DNA from: Pseudomonadota bacterium
Lineage (GTDB): Bacteria; Bdellovibrionota_B; Oligoflexia; Silvanigrellales; Silvanigrellaceae
Assembly: GCA_039799905.1 (NCBI GenBank)
Contig: JBDLRP010000001.1
Span: forward strand, 117,504-149,503
DNA length: 32,000 nt
Reading direction: 5' to 3'
Shown here piece after piece: positions 1 to 8,758 of the stretch. Under the pieces are notes generated by a model, which saw only the letters and a program-made list of their open reading frames with translations, searched no databases and was not told the DNA's origin. Numbering within the stretch: the first letter of the stretch is position 1; every line of letters begins with the position of its first letter. The position numbers and the translations under genes were made by a program.

Positions 1-210
1 GCCCTTTTTGAAGAACTCAAACGTGATGGCGGACAAGGTGATGCCCGCAATAAAGTTCTCGGCCTGCTGAAGGCCGGCGGATCAAAATCACCGCTGGACA
101 TTCTGCTTGATGCCGGAGTGGACTTCCGAACCCCAGCACCCGTTGAAAAGGCGTTCATTGCCTATGAACGCTTCCTTGAACGTGCGGAGTCGGCATTCCT
201 GAAAAACTAA
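1..210 (+). CDS. 3' end of an M3-family oligoendopeptidase F-like peptidase (partial; start lies upstream of the window)
   Basis: Frame 1 is open from the window edge to TAA at 208-210. My translation ...LGLLKAGGSKSPLDILLDAGVDFRTPAPVEKAFIAYERFLERAESAFLKN matches the conserved C-terminal tail of PepF/M3B peptidases (L-x-AGGS..P...L..aGVD). It is absent from the ORF track because no start codon lies in the window. Confidence 0.55.
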   Translation, partial: ALFEELKRDGGQGDARNKVLGLLKAGGSKSPLDILLDAGVDFRTPAPVEKAFIAYERFLERAESAFLKN

Positions 211-253
211 CTCACCCCCGAATTGCACGACTGGAAGAAAAGGACCTCATCGC

Positions 254-1123
254 ATGGACACCAGCTACAAGAGCCGCGTTGACCAAAGCGCCGCATTTTT
301 AAAAAATTGGGACTCGGAGGTTCCAGATTTGTGCATCGTGCTTGGCTCTGGACTCGGCAACGCCATACCCGACATCGATTCGATGCCCTGTTTGAAATTT
401 TCAAAGATTCCGGGATTTGCTGCCAGTGAAGTGGTTGGCCACGCAAGCGAATTGCGCGTCGGAGAAGTTGCTGTTCCGAATTCAAGTGCAAAACGAAAGA
501 TCGCCTTTTTGCGCGGTCGCAATCACGCCTACGAAGGCTTCACAGTCGGTGATGTGGCACACAACGTGCGGGCCATGATTGCGTGGGGAGTCAAAGGTAT
601 CGTGCTGACCAATGCAGCCGGATGTCTTGATACATCGTGGAAGCTTGGCGACTTTATGTTGATCGAGGATCACATCAACCTGTCGGGCCTCAATCCACTC
701 GCCGGAACGGCCGGCAATGGCTTTGGTCAGCGTTTTTGCGACATGACGCGCTGCTACGACCCTGGATGGGGAGAGGCCTTCAAAACGCGTGCCAAGACAC
801 TCGGTGTCCAGCTGCGCAAAGGTGTTTACGCAGGGGTCCTTGGTCCGTCTTACGAAACGCCTGCAGAAATCCGGATGTTGCGCACACTTGGGGCGCAGGC
901 CGTCGGAATGAGCACAGTGGTTGAGGCTATCGCCGCCCGACAAATGGGTGCGAAACTGGTTGGACTCAGCTGCATGACCAATTACGGCGCCGGACTCAGC
1001 GGACCCGCAGATAGGCTCGACCATGCCGACGTTGTGCAAATGGGCTCTTCTGTGGCAAAAACAATGGCAGACCTCGTTCTCAGTACCGCAGCAACTCTTT
1101 CATTTGGAGAGCCACCAGCATGA
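254..1123 (+). CDS. punA: Purine nucleoside phosphorylase (trimeric PNP/PunA-type)
   Basis: 289 aa. Motifs: IVLGSGLG, GHASELRVGE, FLRGRNHAYEG, VLTNAAGCL, GPSYETPAEIRMLRTLGAQAVGMSTVVEAIAARQMG. AAAGGA SD sits about 10 nt upstream. The stop overlaps the hpt start (ATGA). Confidence 0.88.
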   Translation: MDTSYKSRVDQSAAFLKNWDSEVPDLCIVLGSGLGNAIPDIDSMPCLKFSKIPGFAASEVVGHASELRVGEVAVPNSSAKRKIAFLRGRNHAYEGFTVGDVAHNVRAMIAWGVKGIVLTNAAGCLDTSWKLGDFMLIEDHINLSGLNPLAGTAGNGFGQRFCDMTRCYDPGWGEAFKTRAKTLGVQLRKGVYAGVLGPSYETPAEIRMLRTLGAQAVGMSTVVEAIAARQMGAKLVGLSCMTNYGAGLSGPADRLDHADVVQMGSSVAKTMADLVLSTAATLSFGEPPA

Positions 1124-1668
1124 AGATTAAAGTTGCCGGGCAGGACCGAGACGTCCGCGTTTTATTTTCCGAGGAACAAATCCGTTCGCGGGTGAGTTCA
1201 ATCGCCTCCGAAATCAACGCACAACCGACACCCGACAACTCAGCGTTGGTCGTGCTGGTGGTGCTTCACGGTGCGCTTTTATTTGCAGCCGACCTCGTCC
1301 GCCATCTGACCATGCCAACCGAAATCGAATCCGTGCGCATCCGCAGTTATCAGGGAACGCAATCCACCGGAAAAATCGAATTGCTTTCTGAGTTACCCCA
1401 GCGTCTGCGCGGAAGACACATTTTGGTGGTTGAAGACATTATCGACAGCGGACGCAGCATCGCATTTCTTCGTGAAAAACTGACTGAGCTGGGCGTTGCA
1501 TCGATGCGTGTGGCAGCACTTCTCGACAAGCCGGACGCACACGAAGCCGACATTCAAGCCGACTACGTGGGATTCAAAATCGGTCGCAACTTCGTTATCG
1601 GTTATGGTTTGGATCTTGATGGTCACTACCGCAACCTGCCACACGTTGCCGAGGTTTTGGGGTGCTGA
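1120..1668 (+). CDS. hpt: Hypoxanthine(-guanine) phosphoribosyltransferase
   Basis: 182 aa. PRPP-binding loop ILVVEDIIDSGRS, and DYVGFKIGRNFVIGYGLDLDGHYRNLPHV at the C-terminus. ATGA overlap with punA; GGAGAG SD upstream. Confidence 0.9.
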   Translation: MKIKVAGQDRDVRVLFSEEQIRSRVSSIASEINAQPTPDNSALVVLVVLHGALLFAADLVRHLTMPTEIESVRIRSYQGTQSTGKIELLSELPQRLRGRHILVVEDIIDSGRSIAFLREKLTELGVASMRVAALLDKPDAHEADIQADYVGFKIGRNFVIGYGLDLDGHYRNLPHVAEVLGC

Positions 1669-2177
1669 TAGCCCAACTCAGACTATCACTTCTTGCAATC
1701 GCCTCGATCGCTCCGCAGGCGCTCGCGCTTGAATTCGGCGGCGGCGGTGGAATCGTCACACAGGGCGACGATCGTCTCTCACCGGCTATTCAAGGTTGGA
1801 TGAAGGCAGGACGCGTTCTTTTGTCATCAACATTTATAGGCGAAAAGAACTCAGCATTTGCACAGCAAATTGCCTTCCCGCACATGAGCTACGTTGCGCC
1901 GCTCGGAAAAAGTAAAACCATCGCGGCGAGTCTGGGTGTCGGTGGGATGGTGGCGCGAACTTCTGTTCAAAAATTCGATGAAAACGGCAACAGCAGTAGA
2001 AAAGTTACCGCAAGCGCCGGCTTGGCGCTCGGACTCAACTGGACTCCTCAGCTCAGCCGCCGCATTCGCTTCCGCTTGAGCTGGGATTCGCTATTCATTC
2101 CCCCGGGCATCAGCGTCCTCTACATCACCTACGGGCACATGCAGAGTGTGACCGCCGGATTGGGTTGGGATCTTTAA
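1662..2177 (+). CDS. Small secreted protein, probable 8-stranded outer-membrane beta-barrel (uncharacterised)
   Basis: 171 aa. The GTG start overlaps the hpt stop by 7 nt. Signal peptide ...IAPQALA|LEF. Gly-rich start of the mature chain, and alternating hydrophobic strands (IAASLGVGGMVA, VTASAGLALGLNW, IRFRLSWDSLF, SVTAGLGWDL at the C-terminus). Confidence 0.6.
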   Translation: MLIAQLRLSLLAIASIAPQALALEFGGGGGIVTQGDDRLSPAIQGWMKAGRVLLSSTFIGEKNSAFAQQIAFPHMSYVAPLGKSKTIAASLGVGGMVARTSVQKFDENGNSSRKVTASAGLALGLNWTPQLSRRIRFRLSWDSLFIPPGISVLYITYGHMQSVTAGLGWDL

Positions 2178-2612
2178 ATGAAGATTTTGCGACTTCTATC
2201 CATTCTGCTTGTCGTTGTTATGCCGGCGCGCGCATCGGCATACCGCTTTGGTGTTTCGGGTGGAAGTGTCGGCCTCAGCAACGGTCATCCGAACGCAGCC
2301 GATTTCCGCTCCATCAACAACTACAAAGCACATCTGACCATTGCCGACGTCGACGTGAGTCTCGCCACCACTCAAGCGCTGGTGGGGCGCGTGTTTGAAT
2401 TCAAATCAGGTGCCTTTGTCATTCCGGCCGCCGGACTCGTGCTCGACGGCAACGGTTCCGGCCCAGGGTTTAGTGCCACCTTTGGCTGGACTGCGTTTTG
2501 TTGGGGAATTTGCCTGTACGTTGAATTACAGAACATGATCGGAGCGGGCCCCAACCGCCACCTTGTCAGCGGCAGTGCGGCCCGCATCGGACTCGATTAT
2601 TCGAGCAATTGA
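2178..2612 (+). CDS. Small secreted protein, probable outer-membrane beta-barrel (uncharacterised); same architecture as the upstream gene
   Basis: 144 aa. The ATG lies immediately after the upstream TAA (TAAATG). Signal peptide MKILRLLSILLVVVMPARASA|YRFG. Alternating hydrophobic segments, ending ARIGLDYSSN. Confidence 0.6.
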   Translation: MKILRLLSILLVVVMPARASAYRFGVSGGSVGLSNGHPNAADFRSINNYKAHLTIADVDVSLATTQALVGRVFEFKSGAFVIPAAGLVLDGNGSGPGFSATFGWTAFCWGICLYVELQNMIGAGPNRHLVSGSAARIGLDYSSN

Positions 2613-2630
2613 ACAAACTGCTGTTGTCGA

Positions 2631-5213
2631 TTATTCAAACAAGCCCAGCAAAGATGCAAGTTCAATGATGCGCGGAAGGTGCTTCTCGCTTGTCTCACGC
2701 AACACGTCGCCGCCGTTGACAGTCAGCGCCACAAGGTCACTGTACAATGCCGCGTCGGCTCCTGTCTGTGCTTCCTGAATGATCTTTCGCAACGTTTCAG
2801 GAGTCACTCCTGCATCTGAGGCAAGCACTTCCAGCTTCACCCGCGACACGAAGCGTTTGTATGCAGCAACATTCGGCTCTTCATCGGTGATCTCTGCACC
2901 TGTGGCAGCAATCGCCGTCTGAATGATCTTGTTGTCTTTCTCGAGACGGTCTGTGAATTTTTCCGGCGCAACATAAATGCGTTCGACCTTCTCAACCTGT
3001 TCCTTGCTGAACCCGTTTGCTCCCTGATTGGCCTTGACGAACGGAGCCACCGCGTCGCGTTTGTCAATGAGTCCGCGTGAGTGGCACGACAAACAACTGA
3101 GCGGCTGAGTTACGATCTTTTGACCAGAATCCGAAGTTGCAAACACAGCACGGGTCGTTTTGAAAGCTTCATCACTAGGTATCTTGAAGTCTGTAATAAA
3201 CGCATTCAACGCGACTGTTGCGAAACCCTGCAACCCGTTGGGACGCATGAACTGATACTCAAATCCATGAAAATCGAACGCCTTGTCGGCCTCGCGCACG
3301 TCTTTTCCGTTTTTTACACTGTCGCATGCGAGAGTGTTGGGCGGCAGCGGTTTCGCGGTGCCATCGGCATTCCAGAAGGAATCGTAAATAGCTTTGTCAG
3401 CCGCACTGAGCTTTGACGGGTCAGCTTTGCGTGTCGGACGCAAATAGTCGAAGTTGATCGGGGTCTGGGTCCAATATTTTCGTGCCCAGTCAAACAGGAT
3501 ACCCCCGCTGGCGTCTTTGAAGACGTCGTTGGGGTTGGTAAACATATTCAAACACTCATATCCCAAAACCGTAGGATCATTGTTGTCAAACAAGATAGGT
3601 CCGAAGGGATATTTCAGCGCATGCTGATACTTATTGACACCTTCGTCGGCTTTTTCGAACTCATACGAGCGCCACAGAGCTTTGTCCGTGAATTGTTGAG
3701 TTTCGATTCTTTCCAGAATACGATGGTTCTGGCTCACACCCGAGTCAGTGAACCCAGAGCGCATAATGATCGGGCTGAGTCTAATTCCACTCGATGGATC
3801 GGGCGCATTGTCACGCATCAGAGCACCTTCGTCGTCAATGCCAAGTGCAATATCAAGTACACCGGTATCAGCTGGAATACCCGCAAGATGATAATAGACA
3901 CGCTGCTTGTAGTTGCCGAGCACTTGAAAGATAAACCAGTCGCCGCGGATGAGCGGCAGTGGCGTGTGTTCTTGTGAGTATGAAATTTGGTTGCCTGCGG
4001 CATTGACTGACTGCCCTGGATTTTTCAATAAAACGACAGGCGGCAGAAGGTTGTCCGCTGATCTTCTCTTTGTACCGTCTTTGTTGAGAATTCCGATTGC
4101 AAAGCTACCTGCACTGCCGCCCGCAGCGGTGATGGACGGAAGGGTGACAAAATCCTCCGTCTCGTTTTGCAGAATTGTTTGCTGGGTGCCCGCGTTTGCA
4201 ATGTAATCCTGCAACACGGCGTCCAATGTTCCGCCCGCGATGGGATTGGCATTGTTCAAAGTCATCACGCTCTTCATCCATTGCAAATTGCTGTCGCACT
4301 GGTACGGCCTGACGGGCTTGCTCTTGTCACACGCTCCAGTTGCTTTGTATTCAGGAGGAACGACCTGAAAGTTGGCCACGAAAAACGCATCCTCGGCAGC
4401 TGTGTCACGCGCCGGTCTGCGCGATTCGAAAACTTCCTTCCAGCGGCCGATGCGAACAGCCGGATTTTCGGGTGGATTCAGACCAAAGGGAATGTGCAGG
4501 TCGTACTCCGACAAATCCACCCTGTACAACAATCCCTTGCCGTCGATCGCAACAGGTTTTTCAATGCGATTTCGCGTTGAGAGCATGTTGAGGAGTTTTG
4601 ACAAAGCTTCCCGATGCCGCTGAATTTCACTTTCGGTAACACCGGAGTTCCACAAGTTTACGAAATGAATGTAGCGCAAATCTTTGCGGTTCTGCTGACG
4701 GTCGAAATCCTCACGGATCGTGCGAAAAACGTCAGCCATCTTGACTCTCTCGCGAATTGCGGATGCGGCGTTGCCTTCAGCAACGATCCACCTCCGCACG
4801 GAATCAATCTGGGCCTTACTCAGCAATCCTTTCGGAGGCATCGGCTGGTTGGCTGCATTCATCCGCGTGAACAAAAGACTTTTCTCTGGCTCACCAACCT
4901 TCACATATTTGCTGTCTGCGCGGGTGAGGATATCAAAATTCAACACATCACCGAACCCACCCTGCCGGTTTCCACCAGCATGACACGCCGCGCATTCGCT
5001 GGTGAAAATATTGACGACCTCTTTACGCAACGCCTGGACGTCCAACTGCGAGGCATCGGCAGCACACAGCGCGGTCGGGTTACCTTGTACACAAGCCTGA
5101 GGCTTCAATTGGACAGTCGAATCGCCTGAATTTTTGCCTGAACGGCAGGACGTTTGGCTGTGGATGACAAACACACATCCTACCAACGTGAGCAGAGCTC
5201 TTTTTGCCAACAT
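2631..5213 (-). CDS. Large secreted or lipoprotein-like protein with an N-terminal Planctomycete-type cytochrome c (PSCyt1-like) domain and a second C-terminal CXXCH
   Basis: 860 aa. Signal and lipobox-like LLTLVGC. ECAACHAGGNRQGGFGDVL...VKVGEPEKSLLFTRM...MPPKGLLSKAQIDSVRRWIVAEG fits the PSCyt1 pattern. A second haem motif is PLSCLSCHSRG. TAGGGGTG SD lies 5 nt before the ATG. Confidence 0.7.
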   Translation of the reverse strand: MLAKRALLTLVGCVFVIHSQTSCRSGKNSGDSTVQLKPQACVQGNPTALCAADASQLDVQALRKEVVNIFTSECAACHAGGNRQGGFGDVLNFDILTRADSKYVKVGEPEKSLLFTRMNAANQPMPPKGLLSKAQIDSVRRWIVAEGNAASAIRERVKMADVFRTIREDFDRQQNRKDLRYIHFVNLWNSGVTESEIQRHREALSKLLNMLSTRNRIEKPVAIDGKGLLYRVDLSEYDLHIPFGLNPPENPAVRIGRWKEVFESRRPARDTAAEDAFFVANFQVVPPEYKATGACDKSKPVRPYQCDSNLQWMKSVMTLNNANPIAGGTLDAVLQDYIANAGTQQTILQNETEDFVTLPSITAAGGSAGSFAIGILNKDGTKRRSADNLLPPVVLLKNPGQSVNAAGNQISYSQEHTPLPLIRGDWFIFQVLGNYKQRVYYHLAGIPADTGVLDIALGIDDEGALMRDNAPDPSSGIRLSPIIMRSGFTDSGVSQNHRILERIETQQFTDKALWRSYEFEKADEGVNKYQHALKYPFGPILFDNNDPTVLGYECLNMFTNPNDVFKDASGGILFDWARKYWTQTPINFDYLRPTRKADPSKLSAADKAIYDSFWNADGTAKPLPPNTLACDSVKNGKDVREADKAFDFHGFEYQFMRPNGLQGFATVALNAFITDFKIPSDEAFKTTRAVFATSDSGQKIVTQPLSCLSCHSRGLIDKRDAVAPFVKANQGANGFSKEQVEKVERIYVAPEKFTDRLEKDNKIIQTAIAATGAEITDEEPNVAAYKRFVSRVKLEVLASDAGVTPETLRKIIQEAQTGADAALYSDLVALTVNGGDVLRETSEKHLPRIIELASLLGLFE

Positions 5214-5354
5214 TTCAACACCCCTACTTTTTCGAGGGCAACATCGGCAAATTCAAAGAAAGTCTTTACTCAACTATAAAAATGTTAGCGTTTTTGGGAT
5301 TCTCGGTCGTTTTAAGCAGTTACAGTTTGATATACAACTTCTCCTTGTCACGAC

Positions 5355-6359
5355 TCAAAGACTGCATTGAAGAAGATCTCTATAGTAGCCTTCCACCTTT
5401 CGCGCATAATCGGAGGCTGTAGCAGAGCCGTTATAATAGTACGCAAGCTGGTAAAGTGAGTCCGAGTACGAAGTCTTTTCGGAAACAACACGCACAGAGT
5501 ACTTAAGATTCGTCAGAATGTTGAAAGTAATTCCATCCCAGCGTGAGTCGCTGTCCGGCAACATGCGGCCGTTCTCATCGATGGCAGTTATGATCTGCGC
5601 CAAACCGATACCATTGCAGACACCAGATCTGCAGGAATCCTTGACCGAACCCAAAAGCGTTTCCTGCTCAGTTTTCGCCATCAATGCACGCACAGGATCG
5701 ATCCCGCGCGCGGAGGCCCAAGCACGAAATCGGACTGCTGACGATTCACCAGATTCCACGATCGTTCTCTTGAAGCAGTGTTGCAGCGCCCGCGCCTTTT
5801 CACACAGCGAACGGTTTTTCTGCACGCCGCTGCCAATCAACGTCTGGCTCTGTGGCCGGTCGCCTTCAATTGAAATTCCACGATATGCGTCGAAAGTTGT
5901 GTAGTCCGTAGTTCCCGGGCGTTCTTCCCATGAGTATTGGCAGACAGATGAACCCACACCGCTCGACGAACCGTCCTGCCCCTGCTCACCGCTGAGCGTG
6001 ATGTGTTCCGAGAAGACGTATCCACCTCGAAATGCACAATCGAATTCTTTATTGGTGACTTCAAAGTAGTAGTGTTTTCCGCTCAAACGAGCTGCGCCAG
6101 AGTACGTATATTTCTTGCCGGCCTTGAGATTGCAATAATCCTGACCCAACTCGGAAACATTTTTGGGTTCAATCTTAAAGTAACTTTTTATTCCCTGCTT
6201 CAAAACAAAATAAGCTGGCTCCGAGCCGACATCCTGCCCCGCCGCGGCGCGTGGGCGCTGTGGGTTCACCACGTTTCGCAAAAAACCACTGCGGTCGCAT
6301 GAAATAAGGCATAGGCTGCTCAACGCCAAGGCCGCATTCAGATAGCGAATTTTCTTCAT
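5355..6359 (-). CDS. Lipoprotein with a C-terminal lytic transglycosylase (SLT-like) domain
   Basis: I chose the ATG at 6359 (MKKIRYLNAALALSSLCLISC, classic lipobox) over the TTG-extended ORF reaching 6458. The C-terminus carries TEQETLLG...NGIGLAQI...NLKYSVRVV...LAYYYNGS...YARKVEGYY, which resembles the SLT E...GLMQ...AYNaG motifs. The N-terminal ~200 aa are unassigned. Confidence 0.65.
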   Translation of the reverse strand: MKKIRYLNAALALSSLCLISCDRSGFLRNVVNPQRPRAAAGQDVGSEPAYFVLKQGIKSYFKIEPKNVSELGQDYCNLKAGKKYTYSGAARLSGKHYYFEVTNKEFDCAFRGGYVFSEHITLSGEQGQDGSSSGVGSSVCQYSWEERPGTTDYTTFDAYRGISIEGDRPQSQTLIGSGVQKNRSLCEKARALQHCFKRTIVESGESSAVRFRAWASARGIDPVRALMAKTEQETLLGSVKDSCRSGVCNGIGLAQIITAIDENGRMLPDSDSRWDGITFNILTNLKYSVRVVSEKTSYSDSLYQLAYYYNGSATASDYARKVEGYYRDLLQCSL

Positions 6360-6600
6360 TAAAATCACCATACCCCTGCTGTTCCGTCGGCGTTGTCCGC
6401 ACTTTTTTCTGTGTGAATCTCCGCCGTTTGGGCGCCAATTCAAAATCAGGAGCAGCAAGAAAAGTGCCTCAAAAGTGTGGTGATTTCACTGAGGATTGCT
6501 GCACTCAATGTGTAAAAAGTATGGTCAGTGAAAAAACTCTTCACATAACCGGGCGACGGCATGTGGAGGCTCGACCTTCGGCCAACGAATGAGGCGGGAA

Positions 6601-7707
6601 TCAGGTTCGGGTCGTCAGCCATTCCCTGCGACGTGCCAATGCCACCGCGCGAGGCGGGAGTTTGAGTTCACTTTGCCGTTTGCTGGCCAGCTGTCCGCAG
6701 GCTGCGCTGACATCCTGACCACGCGAGTAACGGACGGGCGCTGGTATCGACCTGTCGGTCAGGTACTTTTGAAACTCACGCATACGCTCGGGGTCGGTGG
6801 CCACCATTTCTGAGCCTGGGTGAGGATTCATCGGAATCAGATTCACCTTGGCCTTGAGGCCGTGCAGAAACTTAACAAGTTTTTTAGCGTGAGGAATGGA
6901 ATCGTTCACACCGTTGATCATCACGTATTCAAAGGTAATGCCGTGCCGCGTCTGGACCGGATAACGGAGAAGTGTTTCCTTGAGTTCAGCAAGCGGATAT
7001 TTTTTGTTCACGGGCATCATCGCGGAACGCTGCTCTTCATCGGCAGAATGAAGCGATATGGCAAGACTCACAGGCACTCGCCGTCCGAGCTCTTCGATCG
7101 CAGGCACGAGGCCGCTCGTAGAGACTGTGACGCGATGTTTGGACAGTGCAAAATAGCGTTCGTCGAGCATCACCTCGCAGGCAGCAACAACTTCATCGAA
7201 ATTGTCGAGCGGTTCGCCCATGCCCATAAAAACAATGTTGGTCACCCGACGCTCTTCACCGCGTTCAATCAACCTGCGGTTGGCGATGATGATCTGCGCG
7301 AGGATTTCTCCACGGGTGAGATCGCGACTGAGTCCCATTTTGCCTGTCTGGCAGAACGTGCATGCCATTCTGCATCCGACCTGACTGCTGACGCACAGAG
7401 TTACGCGATTTTCCGAAGGCATCAGTACACATTCGGTGAACAGACCATCGTGGGTTTTGAGAAGAATTTTTTCCGACTCATCATCGGACTTCAGCAGCGT
7501 GTCGATTCCCGGCAGACTCCAGTCGAAATCTTCGCTGAGGCGCGCGCGCAGAGGAAGCGAGATATTCGAAAACTGATCTGGGTTGAGGCAGTTCTTGCGG
7601 GTCATCCATTCGATGATCTGCGATCCAAGGAATGGTTTGGCGCCTTGTGCGACGCACCACTCTTTCCAAGCCGTTTCCGACAGGTCCAGCGCATATGGTC
7701 GTTTCAT
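6601..7707 (-). CDS. rlmN: 23S rRNA/tRNA (adenine-C2)-methyltransferase RlmN (radical SAM)
   Basis: Radical-SAM cluster motif CRMACTFCQTG, plus GMGEPLDNFDEV, VSTSG, LAISLHS and NLIPMNPHPG. I prefer the ATG at 7707 (GGAGGG SD 8 nt upstream) to the GTG at 7716 used by the ORF track. Confidence 0.9.
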   Translation of the reverse strand: MKRPYALDLSETAWKEWCVAQGAKPFLGSQIIEWMTRKNCLNPDQFSNISLPLRARLSEDFDWSLPGIDTLLKSDDESEKILLKTHDGLFTECVLMPSENRVTLCVSSQVGCRMACTFCQTGKMGLSRDLTRGEILAQIIIANRRLIERGEERRVTNIVFMGMGEPLDNFDEVVAACEVMLDERYFALSKHRVTVSTSGLVPAIEELGRRVPVSLAISLHSADEEQRSAMMPVNKKYPLAELKETLLRYPVQTRHGITFEYVMINGVNDSIPHAKKLVKFLHGLKAKVNLIPMNPHPGSEMVATDPERMREFQKYLTDRSIPAPVRYSRGQDVSAACGQLASKRQSELKLPPRAVALARRREWLTTRT

Positions 7708-7720
7708 CGGGCTCACCCTC

Positions 7721-8647
7721 CTACCGTCCTACTCCCTCGAGGAAAGTACGCACCTGCGCAACAAAATTCTCGGGGTCCTCGATGAGCAGCAGATGCCCCA
7801 TGTCGGCGAAGGAGAAAAGCTTCGCATGTGGGATAAGCTTCTGGATTTCTGAACTATTTTCAGCAGGAATGACCTCATCGTGGGTTCCAGTCAAAACAAA
7901 CGTCGGACAAGTCACCTGTGCAGCCAAAGTGGTGCCGTCAAAGCCAACAGTGGCGTTGTACTGCGCCTTTGCTCGCCCCTGAGCACTCTCGACGGTGTGC
8001 GACTTGAGCATATTCTTCACCATGATATCGATCAGCATCGGCGAGGCTGCCCTGAATTTGGGCCCAAAATAGCGGCTCATCCGCCGGTGCATGACTGCGG
8101 CATCCTGAGGCCAGGGTTCGAAGGGTTTGCGCCTTGCCTCCTCGCCGTTGACTCCTTCCGGCCAGACCCGTGCCCGACCGCCCGCAGTTGTGCTGACAAG
8201 CGTGAGTGAATTTACCCGCGCGTCCTGCGCAGCCCATGTTTGTGCTATCATGCCGCCCATGCTGATGCCGAGCACATGGTATCCCCGTAACTGCAATGCC
8301 GCAGCAAAACCCTGCGCAACAAAAGCAGCATCAAGGGCCATGTTCTGCACCGTCAGGTCGGCAATTCCTCCCTCGGTTTCGCCTGCTCCGCGATTGTCCA
8401 AGGCAACGGTTGCCAAGTGAGGCATCTGCGCATGAATGCGTTTTCTGAAGGCTCGGAAATCGGCGCGCGGCCGTGCAAAACCGTTGATGAGGATAAGAAG
8501 TTGGTCTGCCGGAGCATCGCTCACAGGTGGCTCATAATCGCAGGCGATGCGCACATCTCCCCGTTCCACGACAACAAGCCCCGAGCTGCGACTTACGTCG
8601 ACAAGCGGCAGACGCGGTGAATCAAAGTTGAATTCTTGTGATTGCAT
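7721..8647 (-). CDS. Alpha/beta-fold hydrolase
   Basis: Nucleophile elbow GISMGGMIAQ, LILINGF oxyanion region, and C-terminal ...FADMGHLLLIEDPE (catalytic His). I prefer the ATG at 8647 (AGGAG 10 nt upstream); the ORF extends to the GTG at 8713. The stop lies 13 nt before the rlmN ATG. Confidence 0.75.
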   Translation of the reverse strand: MQSQEFNFDSPRLPLVDVSRSSGLVVVERGDVRIACDYEPPVSDAPADQLLILINGFARPRADFRAFRKRIHAQMPHLATVALDNRGAGETEGGIADLTVQNMALDAAFVAQGFAAALQLRGYHVLGISMGGMIAQTWAAQDARVNSLTLVSTTAGGRARVWPEGVNGEEARRKPFEPWPQDAAVMHRRMSRYFGPKFRAASPMLIDIMVKNMLKSHTVESAQGRAKAQYNATVGFDGTTLAAQVTCPTFVLTGTHDEVIPAENSSEIQKLIPHAKLFSFADMGHLLLIEDPENFVAQVRTFLEGVGR

Positions 8648-8758
8648 CAGCAGACGACTCCTGTTGTGCGGGCACCGCGAGAGCGCGCAGTGCACGCGCC
8701 AATTCATCAACACCCTGAATAGCTTGCTTCATATCGATTCCGTGTTTGAATTGAAAGC

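Noticed and set aside
5204-5422. 72-aa plus-strand ORF (and 5134..5370) in the spacer between the SLT lipoprotein and the di-haem protein genes, with a hydrophobic stretch
   Set aside because: It has no SD before either possible start, overlaps both flanking minus-strand genes, and lies in AT-rich spacer sequence where random ORFs with hydrophobic codons are common.
6360-6458. TTG-initiated extension of the SLT lipoprotein ORF
   Set aside because: The internal ATG at 6359 yields a textbook lipoprotein signal peptide. The extension is Arg-rich and would bury the signal sequence.
6820-7785. 321-aa ORF on the plus strand spanning almost all of rlmN in antisense
   Set aside because: Its composition (His/Arg/Phe-rich, no motifs) is typical of antisense translation of a codon-biased, GC-rich gene. 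It has no SD, and rlmN on the other strand carries unambiguous radical-SAM motifs.
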